Below are positions 1-9,507 of a DNA stretch of 37,286 nucleotides, in pieces. Position 1 is the stretch's first letter; each line of letters opens with the position of its first letter. The translations under genes and the position numbers were made by a program. Source of the stretch: a virus. Its lineage: Duplodnaviria > Caudoviricetes. Under the pieces are notes generated by a model. It was not told the DNA's origin, searched no databases, and worked only from the letters and a program-made list of their open reading frames with translations. The stretch spans positions 1-37,286 of IMG/VR virus record IMGVR_UViG_3300011339_000690, one strand, 5' to 3'.

Positions 1-1191
1 CGCCTTGGCGATGGTGGCGGCAATAGTGGTATTACAGGGTTTGCTACACCTAAGACGGTGTATTGGAGCCTTGCAGCAGGTGGCAACTGGAGTGCTACAG
101 CATGGGCTACATCCAGTGGTGGCACCCCTGCTCTAGCCAACTATCCAATCCTTGGCGACACGGTTATCTTTGATAACGCAGGTTTGAATACGTCTGCAAC
201 AGTGACAGTAGATCGTGCGTTTGCCATAAATAATATTGATTTTTCTACCAGATCAAACGCAATGACGTTTGCTACTGGTACAGGATCGCGAGGTGTAAAC
301 GGTAATTTTACAACATCTTCCGCAATAACTTTTTCGGGAACAGCCCAATTGTATGTTGGTGGCTGGAGTGGTACATCTACATTTACGTCTGCCGGAAGAA
401 CAATATCGTTTTTTATTATTGTGTCTGTAGGCCCAACTGGAAATTTGGTGTTCGCCGACAACTATACTTCAACTAACGGAATAGGTCTTTATTCAGGAAG
501 TGTTGACTTAAATGGAAAAACTTTTTCTTTTGCTGTCACCATTAACTCACAAACGTCAACAATTACTACTGTTAATCTGAATGGCGCTACAATTACGTCA
601 AGTCTTGCTGGCGTTACGCTGAATGTTTCTGCCGCCCTTGGTTCTGTTGGATATAAAACATTCACAGGAACCTGCGCATTTAACTGTTCCAGCGCATCAG
701 CCAAATCTGTTCAGAATGGCGCAATGGCAGATTTGTCAGGGTTTACGTTTGTAAACACTGGTGCAGGCGCTTTGACGTTTACCAACGTTGTAATTCCCGG
801 CTTCACTGACGGGCGGTATGGCACCTATGGCGACATCCAAACCACGGTTCGCCCTGCCACGATCAATTTTGTCGATGGTCAGACGTTCCAGTTCAACAAC
901 TTCACAATCTCCGGCACCTCCGGCAACCTTGTGACGTTGCAGTCTAGCCTAGCAGGCACCAGAGCAACCCTGCTCAGCCCCAACGTGGTCAACAGCGTAT
1001 CGTTCTGCTCTATCAAAGACTTGAACGCCATCAACACCATGGGCTATGGCGAATGGCAAGCCTATACTACCAATGGAAACGTGGACGCTGGCAACAACAC
1101 CGGATGGCTGTTTAGCCCTGCTACCCCTTCAACCGCACCAAGGCCCACAATCAGGCTGAGGTCTTTGGCTCAACGAGGAAACATGACATGA
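1..1191 (+). CDS. C-terminal part of a large Thr/Ser/Gly/Asn-rich beta-helix (adhesin-like) virion protein, 5'-truncated
   Basis: Frame is open from base 1 (RLGDGGGNSGITGFATPKTVYW...). The repeat YW..GGNW...W..SSGG.P...P...D.V.FD is shared with the ORF at 36704. Confidence 0.75.
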   Translation, partial: RLGDGGGNSGITGFATPKTVYWSLAAGGNWSATAWATSSGGTPALANYPILGDTVIFDNAGLNTSATVTVDRAFAINNIDFSTRSNAMTFATGTGSRGVNGNFTTSSAITFSGTAQLYVGGWSGTSTFTSAGRTISFFIIVSVGPTGNLVFADNYTSTNGIGLYSGSVDLNGKTFSFAVTINSQTSTITTVNLNGATITSSLAGVTLNVSAALGSVGYKTFTGTCAFNCSSASAKSVQNGAMADLSGFTFVNTGAGALTFTNVVIPGFTDGRYGTYGDIQTTVRPATINFVDGQTFQFNNFTISGTSGNLVTLQSSLAGTRATLLSPNVVNSVSFCSIKDLNAINTMGYGEWQAYTTNGNVDAGNNTGWLFSPATPSTAPRPTIRLRSLAQRGNMT

Positions 1192-1493
1192 CCATGAATA
1201 TCAAAGGGGTGACCAGTTGCCTCGGTTACCAACAGATCACCTCCCTGTCAGCAGCCACCAGCCTGACCGTTCCTTCTGTGGATCGGTTTGGCAACAAGGT
1301 GATGCCTACGATGGCCTTGATCATTTGCGAGACTCAGAACGTCCGTTGGCGGGATGACGGCACGGCCCCTACGGCCTCTGTCGGGATGCCCTTGACAGTT
1401 GGGACGGCCTTGCAATATGACGGAGACTTGAACAGAATTCAGTTTATTGAGCAAACCGGCAGTGCCAAGCTGAATATCAGCTATTATGCTTGA
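1188..1493 (+). CDS. Hypothetical small beta-rich protein, probably virion-associated
   Basis: ATGA overlap with the upstream gene; lies in the head module. Confidence 0.7.
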   Translation: MTMNIKGVTSCLGYQQITSLSAATSLTVPSVDRFGNKVMPTMALIICETQNVRWRDDGTAPTASVGMPLTVGTALQYDGDLNRIQFIEQTGSAKLNISYYA

Positions 1494-1541
1494 TGACAAA
1501 CCCTACTGGCGGGGAACACCAGGGTACTTACGGGTACAACA

Positions 1542-2312
1542 ATGTCTGATGATGTAAGCGTAGTGGACGCTCAAACCACGCAGGAACCGGTACAGACGGC
1601 AGTATCGGCCCCCGAGATCAGTACGCCGGAAGACAACCAGCAGGTTTCCAAGACCTTCACTCAAGAAGAGTTGGATGCCATCGTTGGAAAACGTCTTGCA
1701 AGAGAACAGCGGAAGTGGGAACGGGAGCAGCAACTGCGTATGCAGGAACTGCAAGCCAAAGCCCCTGCCGAGTTGCCTACTGCCGACCAGTTTGAGTCTG
1801 TGGAAGCCTATGCGGAAGCACTGGCCACCCAAAAGGCTGAAGAACTGCTGTCTAAGAAGGCTGCTCAACAGCGGGAGCAAGAGGCCATCCGAGCCTACTA
1901 TGACCGTGAAGAAGAGGCGATGGACAAGTATGATGACTACAAACAAGTGGTCTACAACCCAAACATCCCTATTTCATCGGTCATGGCTGAGACTATCCGT
2001 GAAAGCCACATCGGGCCTGACCTAGCGTATTACCTGGGCAGCAACCCACAAGAGGCTCACCGGATCAGCCAACTGCCGCCGTACTTGCAGGCTAAAGAAA
2101 TCGGGAAGTTGGAACTCAAATTTGAGTCCAATCCTCCTGCGAAGAAAACATCGTCTGCACCTGCTCCAATCAATCCGATCACCCCAACGGGTGGTGGCGG
2201 TGGACGGTACGACACCACAGACCCACGGTCTATCAAGACCATGACGGCATCTGAGTGGATCGAAGCCGAAAACCAACGGATGATGAAGAAGTTGCAGTCA
2301 CAACGCTACTAA
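1542..2312 (+). CDS. Scaffolding protein
   Basis: Acidic, helical (KTFTQEELDAIVGKRLAREQRK), directly upstream of the coat gene. Confidence 0.85.
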   Translation: MSDDVSVVDAQTTQEPVQTAVSAPEISTPEDNQQVSKTFTQEELDAIVGKRLAREQRKWEREQQLRMQELQAKAPAELPTADQFESVEAYAEALATQKAEELLSKKAAQQREQEAIRAYYDREEEAMDKYDDYKQVVYNPNIPISSVMAETIRESHIGPDLAYYLGSNPQEAHRISQLPPYLQAKEIGKLELKFESNPPAKKTSSAPAPINPITPTGGGGGRYDTTDPRSIKTMTASEWIEAENQRMMKKLQSQRY

Positions 2313-2325
2313 TTAGGAGACAGCC

Positions 2326-3528
2326 ATGTCTAACAGCTTACTTACAATAGACATGATCACTCGGAAGGCCCTCCAGATCCTGGAGAACAACCTGGTGATC
2401 ACCCGTAACGTCAACCGCGCTTACGACGACTCTTTCGCCGTCGAAGGTGCCAAGATCGGTTCTACCCTGCGTATTCGTCTGCCTGACCGCGCTCTGGTCA
2501 CTGACGGTGCCGCCCTGCAAGTTCAGGACGACAACGAACAGTTCACCACGCTGACGGTTTCCAGCCAGAAGCATATCGGCATCAACTTCACCTCCGCAGA
2601 ACTCACCATGCAGTTGGATGACTTCGCAGAGCGTGTACTGAAGCCTCGCGTAAGCCAGCTTGCAGCCTCTATTGATGCTGACGTAGCCAACGCTTACAAG
2701 AGCATCTACGCTTCCGTTGGTACTCCTGGTACGACCCCCGCTACTTCGCTTGTCCTGCTTCAGGGCCAGCAGAAGCTGAACGAAGCCGCTGCCGGTATGG
2801 CCCCCCGCTACGCTACGGTTAACCCCGCTGCCAACGCTGGTCTGGTCGAAGGCATGAAGGGCTTCTTCAACCCCGTTGACACGATCAGCCGCCAGTTCAA
2901 GGCCGGTATGATGGGTCAGGGCGTGCTTGGCTATGACGAGATCAACATGTCTCAGTCTGTTGTCAACCACACCAACGGTGACTGGGGTACTGGTATCACG
3001 ATCGGCACCACCGTTTCCAGCCAAGGCGCTTCCAGTGCAAGCATCAGCTTCACCGGTTCCAGCAAGACTTGGAAAGTGGGCGATGTGTTCACGATCTCCA
3101 GCGTCTACGCTGTTAACCCACAAACCCGTCAATCGACTGGTTCGCTCCAGCAGTTCGTTGTGACTGAAGACCTCACGGCTTCTACCAGCGGCACTCTGAA
3201 GTTCAGCCCTGCGATCTACACCAGCAGCCAAGCTCTGGCCACTGTTGATAGCTTCCCGCAGTCTGGCGCAACCGTCACGATGCTCGGCAACGCCAACGGT
3301 TCCTACGCTCAGAACCTTGTGTACCATAAGGACGCCATCACGTTCGCCACGGCTGACTTGCTTCTGCCACAAGGCGTTGACATGGCTTCCCGTCAGGTTC
3401 ACAACGGTATCTCCATGCGTATCGTTCGCCAGTACGACATCAACAACGACCGTATGCCTTGCCGTATCGACGTCCTCTATGGCTACTCGGTCATCAGACC
3501 GCAGATGGCTTGCCGGATGTGGGGCTAA
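2326..3528 (+). CDS. Major capsid protein (P22 gp5 coat family)
   Basis: Motifs KIGSTLRIRLP, NLVYHKDAITFATADL, RIDVLYG; AGGAG RBS; strong codon bias. Confidence 0.95.
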   Translation: MSNSLLTIDMITRKALQILENNLVITRNVNRAYDDSFAVEGAKIGSTLRIRLPDRALVTDGAALQVQDDNEQFTTLTVSSQKHIGINFTSAELTMQLDDFAERVLKPRVSQLAASIDADVANAYKSIYASVGTPGTTPATSLVLLQGQQKLNEAAAGMAPRYATVNPAANAGLVEGMKGFFNPVDTISRQFKAGMMGQGVLGYDEINMSQSVVNHTNGDWGTGITIGTTVSSQGASSASISFTGSSKTWKVGDVFTISSVYAVNPQTRQSTGSLQQFVVTEDLTASTSGTLKFSPAIYTSSQALATVDSFPQSGATVTMLGNANGSYAQNLVYHKDAITFATADLLLPQGVDMASRQVHNGISMRIVRQYDINNDRMPCRIDVLYGYSVIRPQMACRMWG

Positions 3529-3555
3529 TAGGTTAACTAACAGGAGATTACGACA

Positions 3556-3966
3556 ATGGCACTTCCTAATGGAGCTTCTGGCTATCAAGTTGGCGCAGGT
3601 AATACCAGCGAACCTAACCTTGTTGCCCGTCCTGCACCAGTTGCACTTACTTCTGGTGTAACGCTGACTTCCGCTCAACTTGTTAATGGTCTGATCCTTG
3701 GTAGCCCCGGCAGTTCTGCTGCCTCTTACCAACTTCCGACTGTTGCTGATCTTGAAGCTGACATCAGTTCTGCTCGCGAAGGTCACACTTTTGACTTTTC
3801 GGTTATCAACGTCGATGGTTCTGGCTCGGGTGTTATCACCCTGACTACGAACACTGGTTGGACGCTGGTAGGTCTGATGACGGTTGTTGCAACTGCTGGT
3901 ACCGCTCAAGCTTTCCGCGCTCGCAAGTCGGGCAGCGGCGCTTGGACTCTGTACCGCATCGCCTAA
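3556..3966 (+). CDS. Putative capsid decoration/cement protein
   Basis: Follows the coat gene, AGGAG RBS, coat-like codon usage, followed by a terminator. Confidence 0.65.
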   Translation: MALPNGASGYQVGAGNTSEPNLVARPAPVALTSGVTLTSAQLVNGLILGSPGSSAASYQLPTVADLEADISSAREGHTFDFSVINVDGSGSGVITLTTNTGWTLVGLMTVVATAGTAQAFRARKSGSGAWTLYRIA

Positions 3967-3973
3967 CCTGATC

Positions 3974-3996
3974 GGCCCTCGAAAGGGGGCCTTTCT
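3974..3996 (+). terminator. Intrinsic terminator (weak U-tract)
   Basis: GGCCCTC-GAAA-GGGGGCC stem-loop followed by TTTCT. Confidence 0.7.
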
Positions 3997-4010
3997 CCAA
4001 GGAGAACATC

Positions 4011-4445
4011 ATGGCTTACAATACCAAGTCCATCGGTATTGCCTATGAAGACCAGTACATCAGCAGCGGTCAAATCGACTCTACCCCTATCGGTAGTGCC
4101 GGTGCGTCCACTGGTGCATTTACTGTTCTTTCGGCTACCCAACTCAAGTTGAACGCTCCGGTCACCAAGACTGCATCGTTCACCCTGGGCGACACCGAAA
4201 ACTTCATTATCGCCAACGGTGCATCTGCCAACGTCACGGTTACCTTCCCAACTGCCTCTGCCAACACTGGTCGAGTGGTTGTGATCAAGAACCTGTCTGG
4301 CACTTACACTGTCATTTCGGCTGGCTCCAACGTGAAGCCCCTTGCTTCCGGTACTGCTGGTACGGCCATCCTTGCTGCTACGGCAGGCAAGTACGCTGTA
4401 CTGGTTTGTGACGGGACTGATTGGGTCATCATGGCTGCTGGCTAA
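4011..4445 (+). CDS. Putative head fibre/decoration protein
   Basis: IDSTPIG...TGAFT fibre motif and VTFPTASANTGRVVVIKN...DGTDW beta-domain; AAGGAG RBS. Confidence 0.6.
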   Translation: MAYNTKSIGIAYEDQYISSGQIDSTPIGSAGASTGAFTVLSATQLKLNAPVTKTASFTLGDTENFIIANGASANVTVTFPTASANTGRVVVIKNLSGTYTVISAGSNVKPLASGTAGTAILAATAGKYAVLVCDGTDWVIMAAG

Positions 4446-4450
4446 AGGAG

Positions 4451-4474
4451 AGGGGGTTTCGGCCCCCTTTTTTT
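4451..4474 (+). terminator. Intrinsic terminator
   Basis: AGGGGGT-TTCG-GCCCCCT stem-loop followed by a T run. Confidence 0.85.
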
Positions 4475-4477
4475 ACT

Positions 4478-4675
4478 ATGTACGATATCTACCTTCGACA
4501 CCCCCGACACGGCACCAAAGTGGCTATCTCTGAGATGGAAGCCCGTGGTGATGAGGAAAACGGGTGGGTGCGCTATAATCCCGATACGCCATCTGATGAA
4601 GATGATGCGGCTCCCGTTGTGAACGAACTGGAAGTGAGAAGGCGAGGTAGGCCACCAAAACAACATCAAGGGTGA
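4478..4675 (+). CDS. Small hypothetical protein with C-terminal AT-hook-like motif
   Basis: ATG at 4478 just after the terminator; ends RRRGRPPKQHQG. Confidence 0.7.
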   Translation: MYDIYLRHPRHGTKVAISEMEARGDEENGWVRYNPDTPSDEDDAAPVVNELEVRRRGRPPKQHQG

Positions 4676-4678
4676 CGC

Positions 4679-5392
4679 ATGAGCTATACAGCCAAGCAAC
4701 TTATTGAAGGTGCATTGAGACTGATAGGCCAGTTGGCTGAAGGCGAAACGGTTGGCTATGACACGGCCAACGATTGCTTGCTTGCCATGAACCAGATGTT
4801 GTCCTCTTGGTCTACGGAACGCCTGTCGGTCTTCTCCACGCAGGATCAGGTTTTGACATGGCCTGCCAACACCATCAGCCGGACTCTCGGCCCTACTGGT
4901 GATTTGGTAGCGACTCGCCCGATCCTGGTAGACGACAGCACTTACTTCCGAGATCCCTCGACCAACGTGTCGTATGGGATCAAAATGATCAACCAATCCC
5001 AGTACAACGGGATTGCGGTCAAGACCGTCACCTCAACGTATCCACAGGTGATGTGGGTCAACATGACCTACCCTGACATTGAGGTCTACATCTATCCCAA
5101 GCCCACAAGGGCATTGGAGTTCCACTTTGTATCCGTGGAACCACTGTCTGAAGCGGCTGACCTGAATACGGTACTGACCTTTCCCCCAGGCTACCTCCGG
5201 GCATTCCGGTACTGTCTGGCCTGCGAGATTGCCCCAGAGTTTGGGGTAGAACCACCTCCGCAGGTGGTGAAGGTGGCCATTACCAGCAAGCGGGATCTGA
5301 AGCGGATCAACAACCCAGATGACGTGATGAGCCTGCCGTACTCGGTAGTAGCCAACCGTCAACGCTTCAACATCTATGCGGGCAACTATTGA
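4679..5392 (+). CDS. Head-tail connector (P22 gp4-like DNA stabilization protein)
   Basis: LIEGALRLIG...LLAMNQMLSSW and FPPGY...LACEIAPEFG motifs; position before gp10. Confidence 0.8.
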   Translation: MSYTAKQLIEGALRLIGQLAEGETVGYDTANDCLLAMNQMLSSWSTERLSVFSTQDQVLTWPANTISRTLGPTGDLVATRPILVDDSTYFRDPSTNVSYGIKMINQSQYNGIAVKTVTSTYPQVMWVNMTYPDIEVYIYPKPTRALEFHFVSVEPLSEAADLNTVLTFPPGYLRAFRYCLACEIAPEFGVEPPPQVVKVAITSKRDLKRINNPDDVMSLPYSVVANRQRFNIYAGNY

Positions 5393-8274
5393 TGAAGACG
5401 CCGATTCTTGGTGGGTATGCCGTAGCACGGTCGGTCAATGCTGCCGACAACCGTTTGATGAACCTCTACCCCGAGGCTACGCCAGAGGGTGGCAAGACAT
5501 CAGGATTCCTTACCCGTTGCCCTGGGTACAAGTACGTTTCTGACGTAGGGTCTGGCCCTATCCGTGGCCTGTGGACGTTTGGCGGTTTCCTGTACGTTGT
5601 TTCGGGCGTGGAACTGTACAAGGTTGATAATGCTTGGACGGCCACCCTGTTGGGGACGGTATCGGGTTCTGGCCCTGTCTCCATGTCCGACAACGGCGAC
5701 CAGCTGTTTGTGGCCTGTAACCCACGATCATACACCTACAGCGTGGCATCCAACCTGTTTGCCGAGATTACCGATCCTGATTTCCCTGGTGCGGTGACGG
5801 TAGGCTTCATCAACGGCTACTTCGTATTCAACGAACCCAACAGTCAAAAAGTCTGGATCACCTCCTACCAGGATGGTGCCAGTGTTGACCCGTTGGAGTT
5901 CAGCTACACCGATGCCAACCCTGACAACCTGTTGAGCCTAGTGGTCAACCGGAACGAAATCTGGATGTTTGGCACCACCTCCACTGAGGTCTGGTACTAC
6001 AGCGGCGACATAGATTTCCCTTTGGCCCGTATTCAGGGTGCCTTCAACGAGATTGGCTGTGCAGCCCCGTACTCCGTTGCCAAGCTGGACAACACGGTGT
6101 TTTGGTTGGGATCTGATCCCCGTGGTAACGCCATGGTCTACAAGGCTGCTGGCTACGGCGCTCAACGGGTATCCACCCACGGCATTGAGAAGGTGCTACA
6201 GGGCTATCGATTCGTTGGGGATGCCATTGGCTACTCTTACCAGCAGGAAGGCCATACGTTCTACGTCTTGTCTTTCCCGTCAGCCAATGCCACTTGGTGC
6301 TTTGATGCTGCCACCAACGAATGGCATGAGCGGGGATCTTGGAAGCAGGGTCACTACAATCGCCATCGGTCTAACTGTCAGGCCAACTTCAACAACACGA
6401 TTGTGTTGGGTGACTTCCAGTACGGGAAGCTCTACGAATTTGATCTTGAATACTACAAGGATGACGTGGGTACTCAGCGGTGGGTACGGTCGTGGAGAGC
6501 GTTGCCACCCAATGCCAACAACTTGAACCGGACGGCTCACCATAGCTTGCAGGTGGAGTTGGAGACTGGCACAAGGACAATAGAGTCAACAACCACCTCG
6601 CCTATCCCGCCTTCATCTGGCACCACACTGTCATATAACGCCGAATGGAGCGTCAATCATAGCAATTTTGAAATTGTCATTGATAACAATGGTCATGACA
6701 TCAGCAATCCTAATGGCCCATCTGCTTATTCGTATTTGTCGGCTAGGTCTGTTAAGACATGGGCAACAGGGCTTTATTACTTTGAGTTGACTTACACCGT
6801 TCAAGATCCCGCCGCTGTTTTGTACATTGGCGTTGGAGAGTGCGTATACGACTTTTATGAGCGAATTGGGTATGCCGCAACATCTTGCGGGCCAGGATAT
6901 GTTGCTGACGGGGCCGGAGTAATTCCAAATGAAATATATAACGCTGCACAATTTTTAAGCGACTTATCTGCATTTGGTGATGCAGCTCAAGGCGATGTGT
7001 TGATGGTGGCGGTAAGATGCGGTGAAAATAGCGCTTGGACGAATGGTTCATTTTTGAACCCGTCAACGCCTAGTTACATGGGTGGAAATGTTTGGTTTGG
7101 TCGCAATGGGGTTTGGTTTAATGGCGATCCTGCTACTTTTTCTGGCGGGGCCTCCATATTTACTTTGTACGGGCAGCCTTTATCACCGCGCACAGCATTT
7201 CTTGCTCCATACGTTACCTTGTTTGGATCATCAACCACTCAAAAAGTTACCGCTAACTTTGGCGACAGTGCGTTTGCTTACACACCGCCAACAGGATACA
7301 AACCGTGGAACCAAGACAACCCAAATCAATACAATCGTTTTAATTCGGATCTTCCAGCAATTGGACAATCAATACCAACAGTAACGTCTACATCGGTGTT
7401 TGTTGATAACGAGATTCCAGTTTATGATTTTGGAGTTTCTGAGTTTTCTGAAACTACTGGCAAGTTTTATCTTGAAGCAAGCGGTTTTGTAGGGACTGGA
7501 GATGTAGGTGATCCGTTAGCACAAGGGTTTATTAGCTTTGGTGAAGGCGGAATGGATCTTAACTACCAGCCAGCCAATTACAATCCTATTCCTTTGTCGA
7601 TATACCAATCAACAGAAGTCTGCGCATTTGATTTTGTGGCATTTGCTAATGAAAACATACCACCTTCAGGAATAACTGTTTCTGGAGTTAAGTACAACTC
7701 TGGCCTTCAAGCTTATTCGGCATCTACATATCCTATTGACCCCAACGTAAAAGCCGTTGGTCAAAATCCGAATGAAAAACTGATGATCGCTATAGACTTT
7801 GATGCAGGAAAGCTATGGGTAGGATCAAAAGGTGTATGGAGCGGCGATCCAGTAGCGGGAACTGGTCAAGTATGGGACTTTACGCCTAACAACGAGTTGT
7901 ATGTTTATGCGGGATTAAACACGCTAAACAGTGGTGTAGGGTCATTTTCTGTTAACGTTAATTTCAATCCTTCATCGTTTCAATATCCAATTCCCACTGG
8001 CTACACCGTATTCAACAGTTCAGGCGTCACCACTGCTACTTCTGAGCGCATCCCCAAGGTGCTGCTCCGTTGGTCAGACGATGGTGGCCACACATGGTCA
8101 AACTACTACGACCGTGAAATGGGAGCCTTGGGTGAGTACTGGACTCGGGTGATCTGGCGTCGATTGGGCATGGCCACCAAGCTCCGGGATCGGGTGTATG
8201 AACTGTCAGGCTCTGATGCAGTCAAGATTACCCTGACTGGCGCTGAACTGATCCTGTCGGGGACTAACTCATGA
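5392..8274 (+). CDS. Tail hub / packaged-DNA stabilization protein (P22 gp10-like) with a large tandem SPRY-like insertion
   Basis: gp10-like N-terminal ~390 aa (NLYPE, IWMFGTTSTEVW, YQQEGHTFYVL) and C-terminal LRWSDDGGHTWSN...WRRLG flank a ~490 aa insert. Confidence 0.85.
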   Translation: MKTPILGGYAVARSVNAADNRLMNLYPEATPEGGKTSGFLTRCPGYKYVSDVGSGPIRGLWTFGGFLYVVSGVELYKVDNAWTATLLGTVSGSGPVSMSDNGDQLFVACNPRSYTYSVASNLFAEITDPDFPGAVTVGFINGYFVFNEPNSQKVWITSYQDGASVDPLEFSYTDANPDNLLSLVVNRNEIWMFGTTSTEVWYYSGDIDFPLARIQGAFNEIGCAAPYSVAKLDNTVFWLGSDPRGNAMVYKAAGYGAQRVSTHGIEKVLQGYRFVGDAIGYSYQQEGHTFYVLSFPSANATWCFDAATNEWHERGSWKQGHYNRHRSNCQANFNNTIVLGDFQYGKLYEFDLEYYKDDVGTQRWVRSWRALPPNANNLNRTAHHSLQVELETGTRTIESTTTSPIPPSSGTTLSYNAEWSVNHSNFEIVIDNNGHDISNPNGPSAYSYLSARSVKTWATGLYYFELTYTVQDPAAVLYIGVGECVYDFYERIGYAATSCGPGYVADGAGVIPNEIYNAAQFLSDLSAFGDAAQGDVLMVAVRCGENSAWTNGSFLNPSTPSYMGGNVWFGRNGVWFNGDPATFSGGASIFTLYGQPLSPRTAFLAPYVTLFGSSTTQKVTANFGDSAFAYTPPTGYKPWNQDNPNQYNRFNSDLPAIGQSIPTVTSTSVFVDNEIPVYDFGVSEFSETTGKFYLEASGFVGTGDVGDPLAQGFISFGEGGMDLNYQPANYNPIPLSIYQSTEVCAFDFVAFANENIPPSGITVSGVKYNSGLQAYSASTYPIDPNVKAVGQNPNEKLMIAIDFDAGKLWVGSKGVWSGDPVAGTGQVWDFTPNNELYVYAGLNTLNSGVGSFSVNVNFNPSSFQYPIPTGYTVFNSSGVTTATSERIPKVLLRWSDDGGHTWSNYYDREMGALGEYWTRVIWRRLGMATKLRDRVYELSGSDAVKITLTGAELILSGTNS

Positions 8275-9164
8275 GCTTGACCCGCATTCCTGGTAATCAG
8301 GTGCCGGTGCTAGAGAACAACGGGTTGATGAGCCGGGAGTGGTATCGGTTCTTCTACAACCTGTTCCAAATCACCGGCGGTGGCTCATCGGACATCACCC
8401 CTGCTGAGTTGCAGGCTGAGGTGGATGCCCTTGATACGGCGGTGGCTGGCCTGACGGTTGACGTGAACACCCTTGATACCCAGGTAACCAATCTGGACGG
8501 TTCGGTGAATGCCCTGAGCAACCAAGTGGCGGCTGTAGAGGATGAGGCCAACTATTCGTACCTTGAGCCGCCAAATGACACCAGTGAGTTTCAGAAGGCC
8601 ATACAGGACGCCAAGTTGAGCCAAATGGAGTCGGCAATCAACGAATTGGCTACCGTTGTGCAGGGTGTGGGGCTTAACCCGCCTGTGTTCGTCAACAGCG
8701 AGCTTGGGATTGGGTCGTTCTATGACACCACTACGTTTGTGCCTGCCGCCATCAACACGGCGTATGCCATTACTTTCGACACATCGGTGATTGAGAACAG
8801 CATATATAGAGGGTCTACGACCAGCAGGATCTATGTGACCAATGCCGGGGTCTACAACTTCCAGTTCTCGGCTCAGTTGGACAATACCAGTGGTGGCGAC
8901 CATGCCATCTATATCTGGTTCCGGGTCAACGGGACTGACATTGCCAACTCCGCCAGCCAAGTAAGGCTAAGAGGCAATAACGGGGAGTTATTGGCAGCAT
9001 GGAACATCTTTCTGAGCATGGCCGCAGGCGACTATTTTGAACTAATGTATTCTGTAGATGATACTGCTGTACGGATATTGGCTCAGGCCGCAGTCAGCCC
9101 CGTGCCGGCCATACCCTCGGTCATATTGACCGTCAACCAAGTGTATAGCCCTTACGGGCATTGA
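8271..9164 (+). CDS. Tail needle (gp26-like) with coiled coil and C1q/TNF-like knob
   Basis: MSREWYRFF N-terminus, heptad repeats, C-terminal AGVYNFQFSAQL...AGDYFELMY beta-sandwich; follows gp10. Confidence 0.65.
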   Translation: MSLTRIPGNQVPVLENNGLMSREWYRFFYNLFQITGGGSSDITPAELQAEVDALDTAVAGLTVDVNTLDTQVTNLDGSVNALSNQVAAVEDEANYSYLEPPNDTSEFQKAIQDAKLSQMESAINELATVVQGVGLNPPVFVNSELGIGSFYDTTTFVPAAINTAYAITFDTSVIENSIYRGSTTSRIYVTNAGVYNFQFSAQLDNTSGGDHAIYIWFRVNGTDIANSASQVRLRGNNGELLAAWNIFLSMAAGDYFELMYSVDDTAVRILAQAAVSPVPAIPSVILTVNQVYSPYGH

Positions 9165-9171
9165 GGACTTT

Positions 9172-9507
9172 ATGACCATAGTGGTATCGGCCATCATACC
9201 GGCCAAGACAGCAGAGAACACCCAAACGACGCAGTACACGTCTACGGGGGTATCTACCATCATTGACAAGTTCACGGCTACGAACTACTCGGCAAGCCCT
9301 GCTACCCTTAGCGTCAACTTGGTGACCTCTGCTGGCTCTGCTGGAAACAGCAACCTGATCACCAAGACCAAGACCCTGTTGGCCGGTGAGGTGTTTACCT
9401 TCCCTGAGTTGGTGGGTCAGGTGCTGAACGCAGGTGATTTCATTTCAACGATTGCCGGAACTGCATCGGCCGTCAACATCCGGGCCTCTGGCCGGGTAAT
9501 CTCATGA
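9172..9507 (+). CDS. Hypothetical small beta-sandwich tail-module protein
   Basis: GAGGA RBS; ATGA-coupled to the next gene. Confidence 0.7.
   Translation: MTIVVSAIIPAKTAENTQTTQYTSTGVSTIIDKFTATNYSASPATLSVNLVTSAGSAGNSNLITKTKTLLAGEVFTFPELVGQVLNAGDFISTIAGTASAVNIRASGRVIS

Noticed and set aside
2338-3909. 523-aa antisense ORF, and similar ones at 19202-20146, 20804-22273, 26338-27447 and 34822-36135
   Set aside because: Shadow frames of strongly codon-biased genes; no recognisable motifs
3915-3935. Histone H3-like ARKS motif in the decoration protein (also in ORF 16977)
   Set aside because: A four-residue match is expected by chance and is too weak to name as a SET substrate
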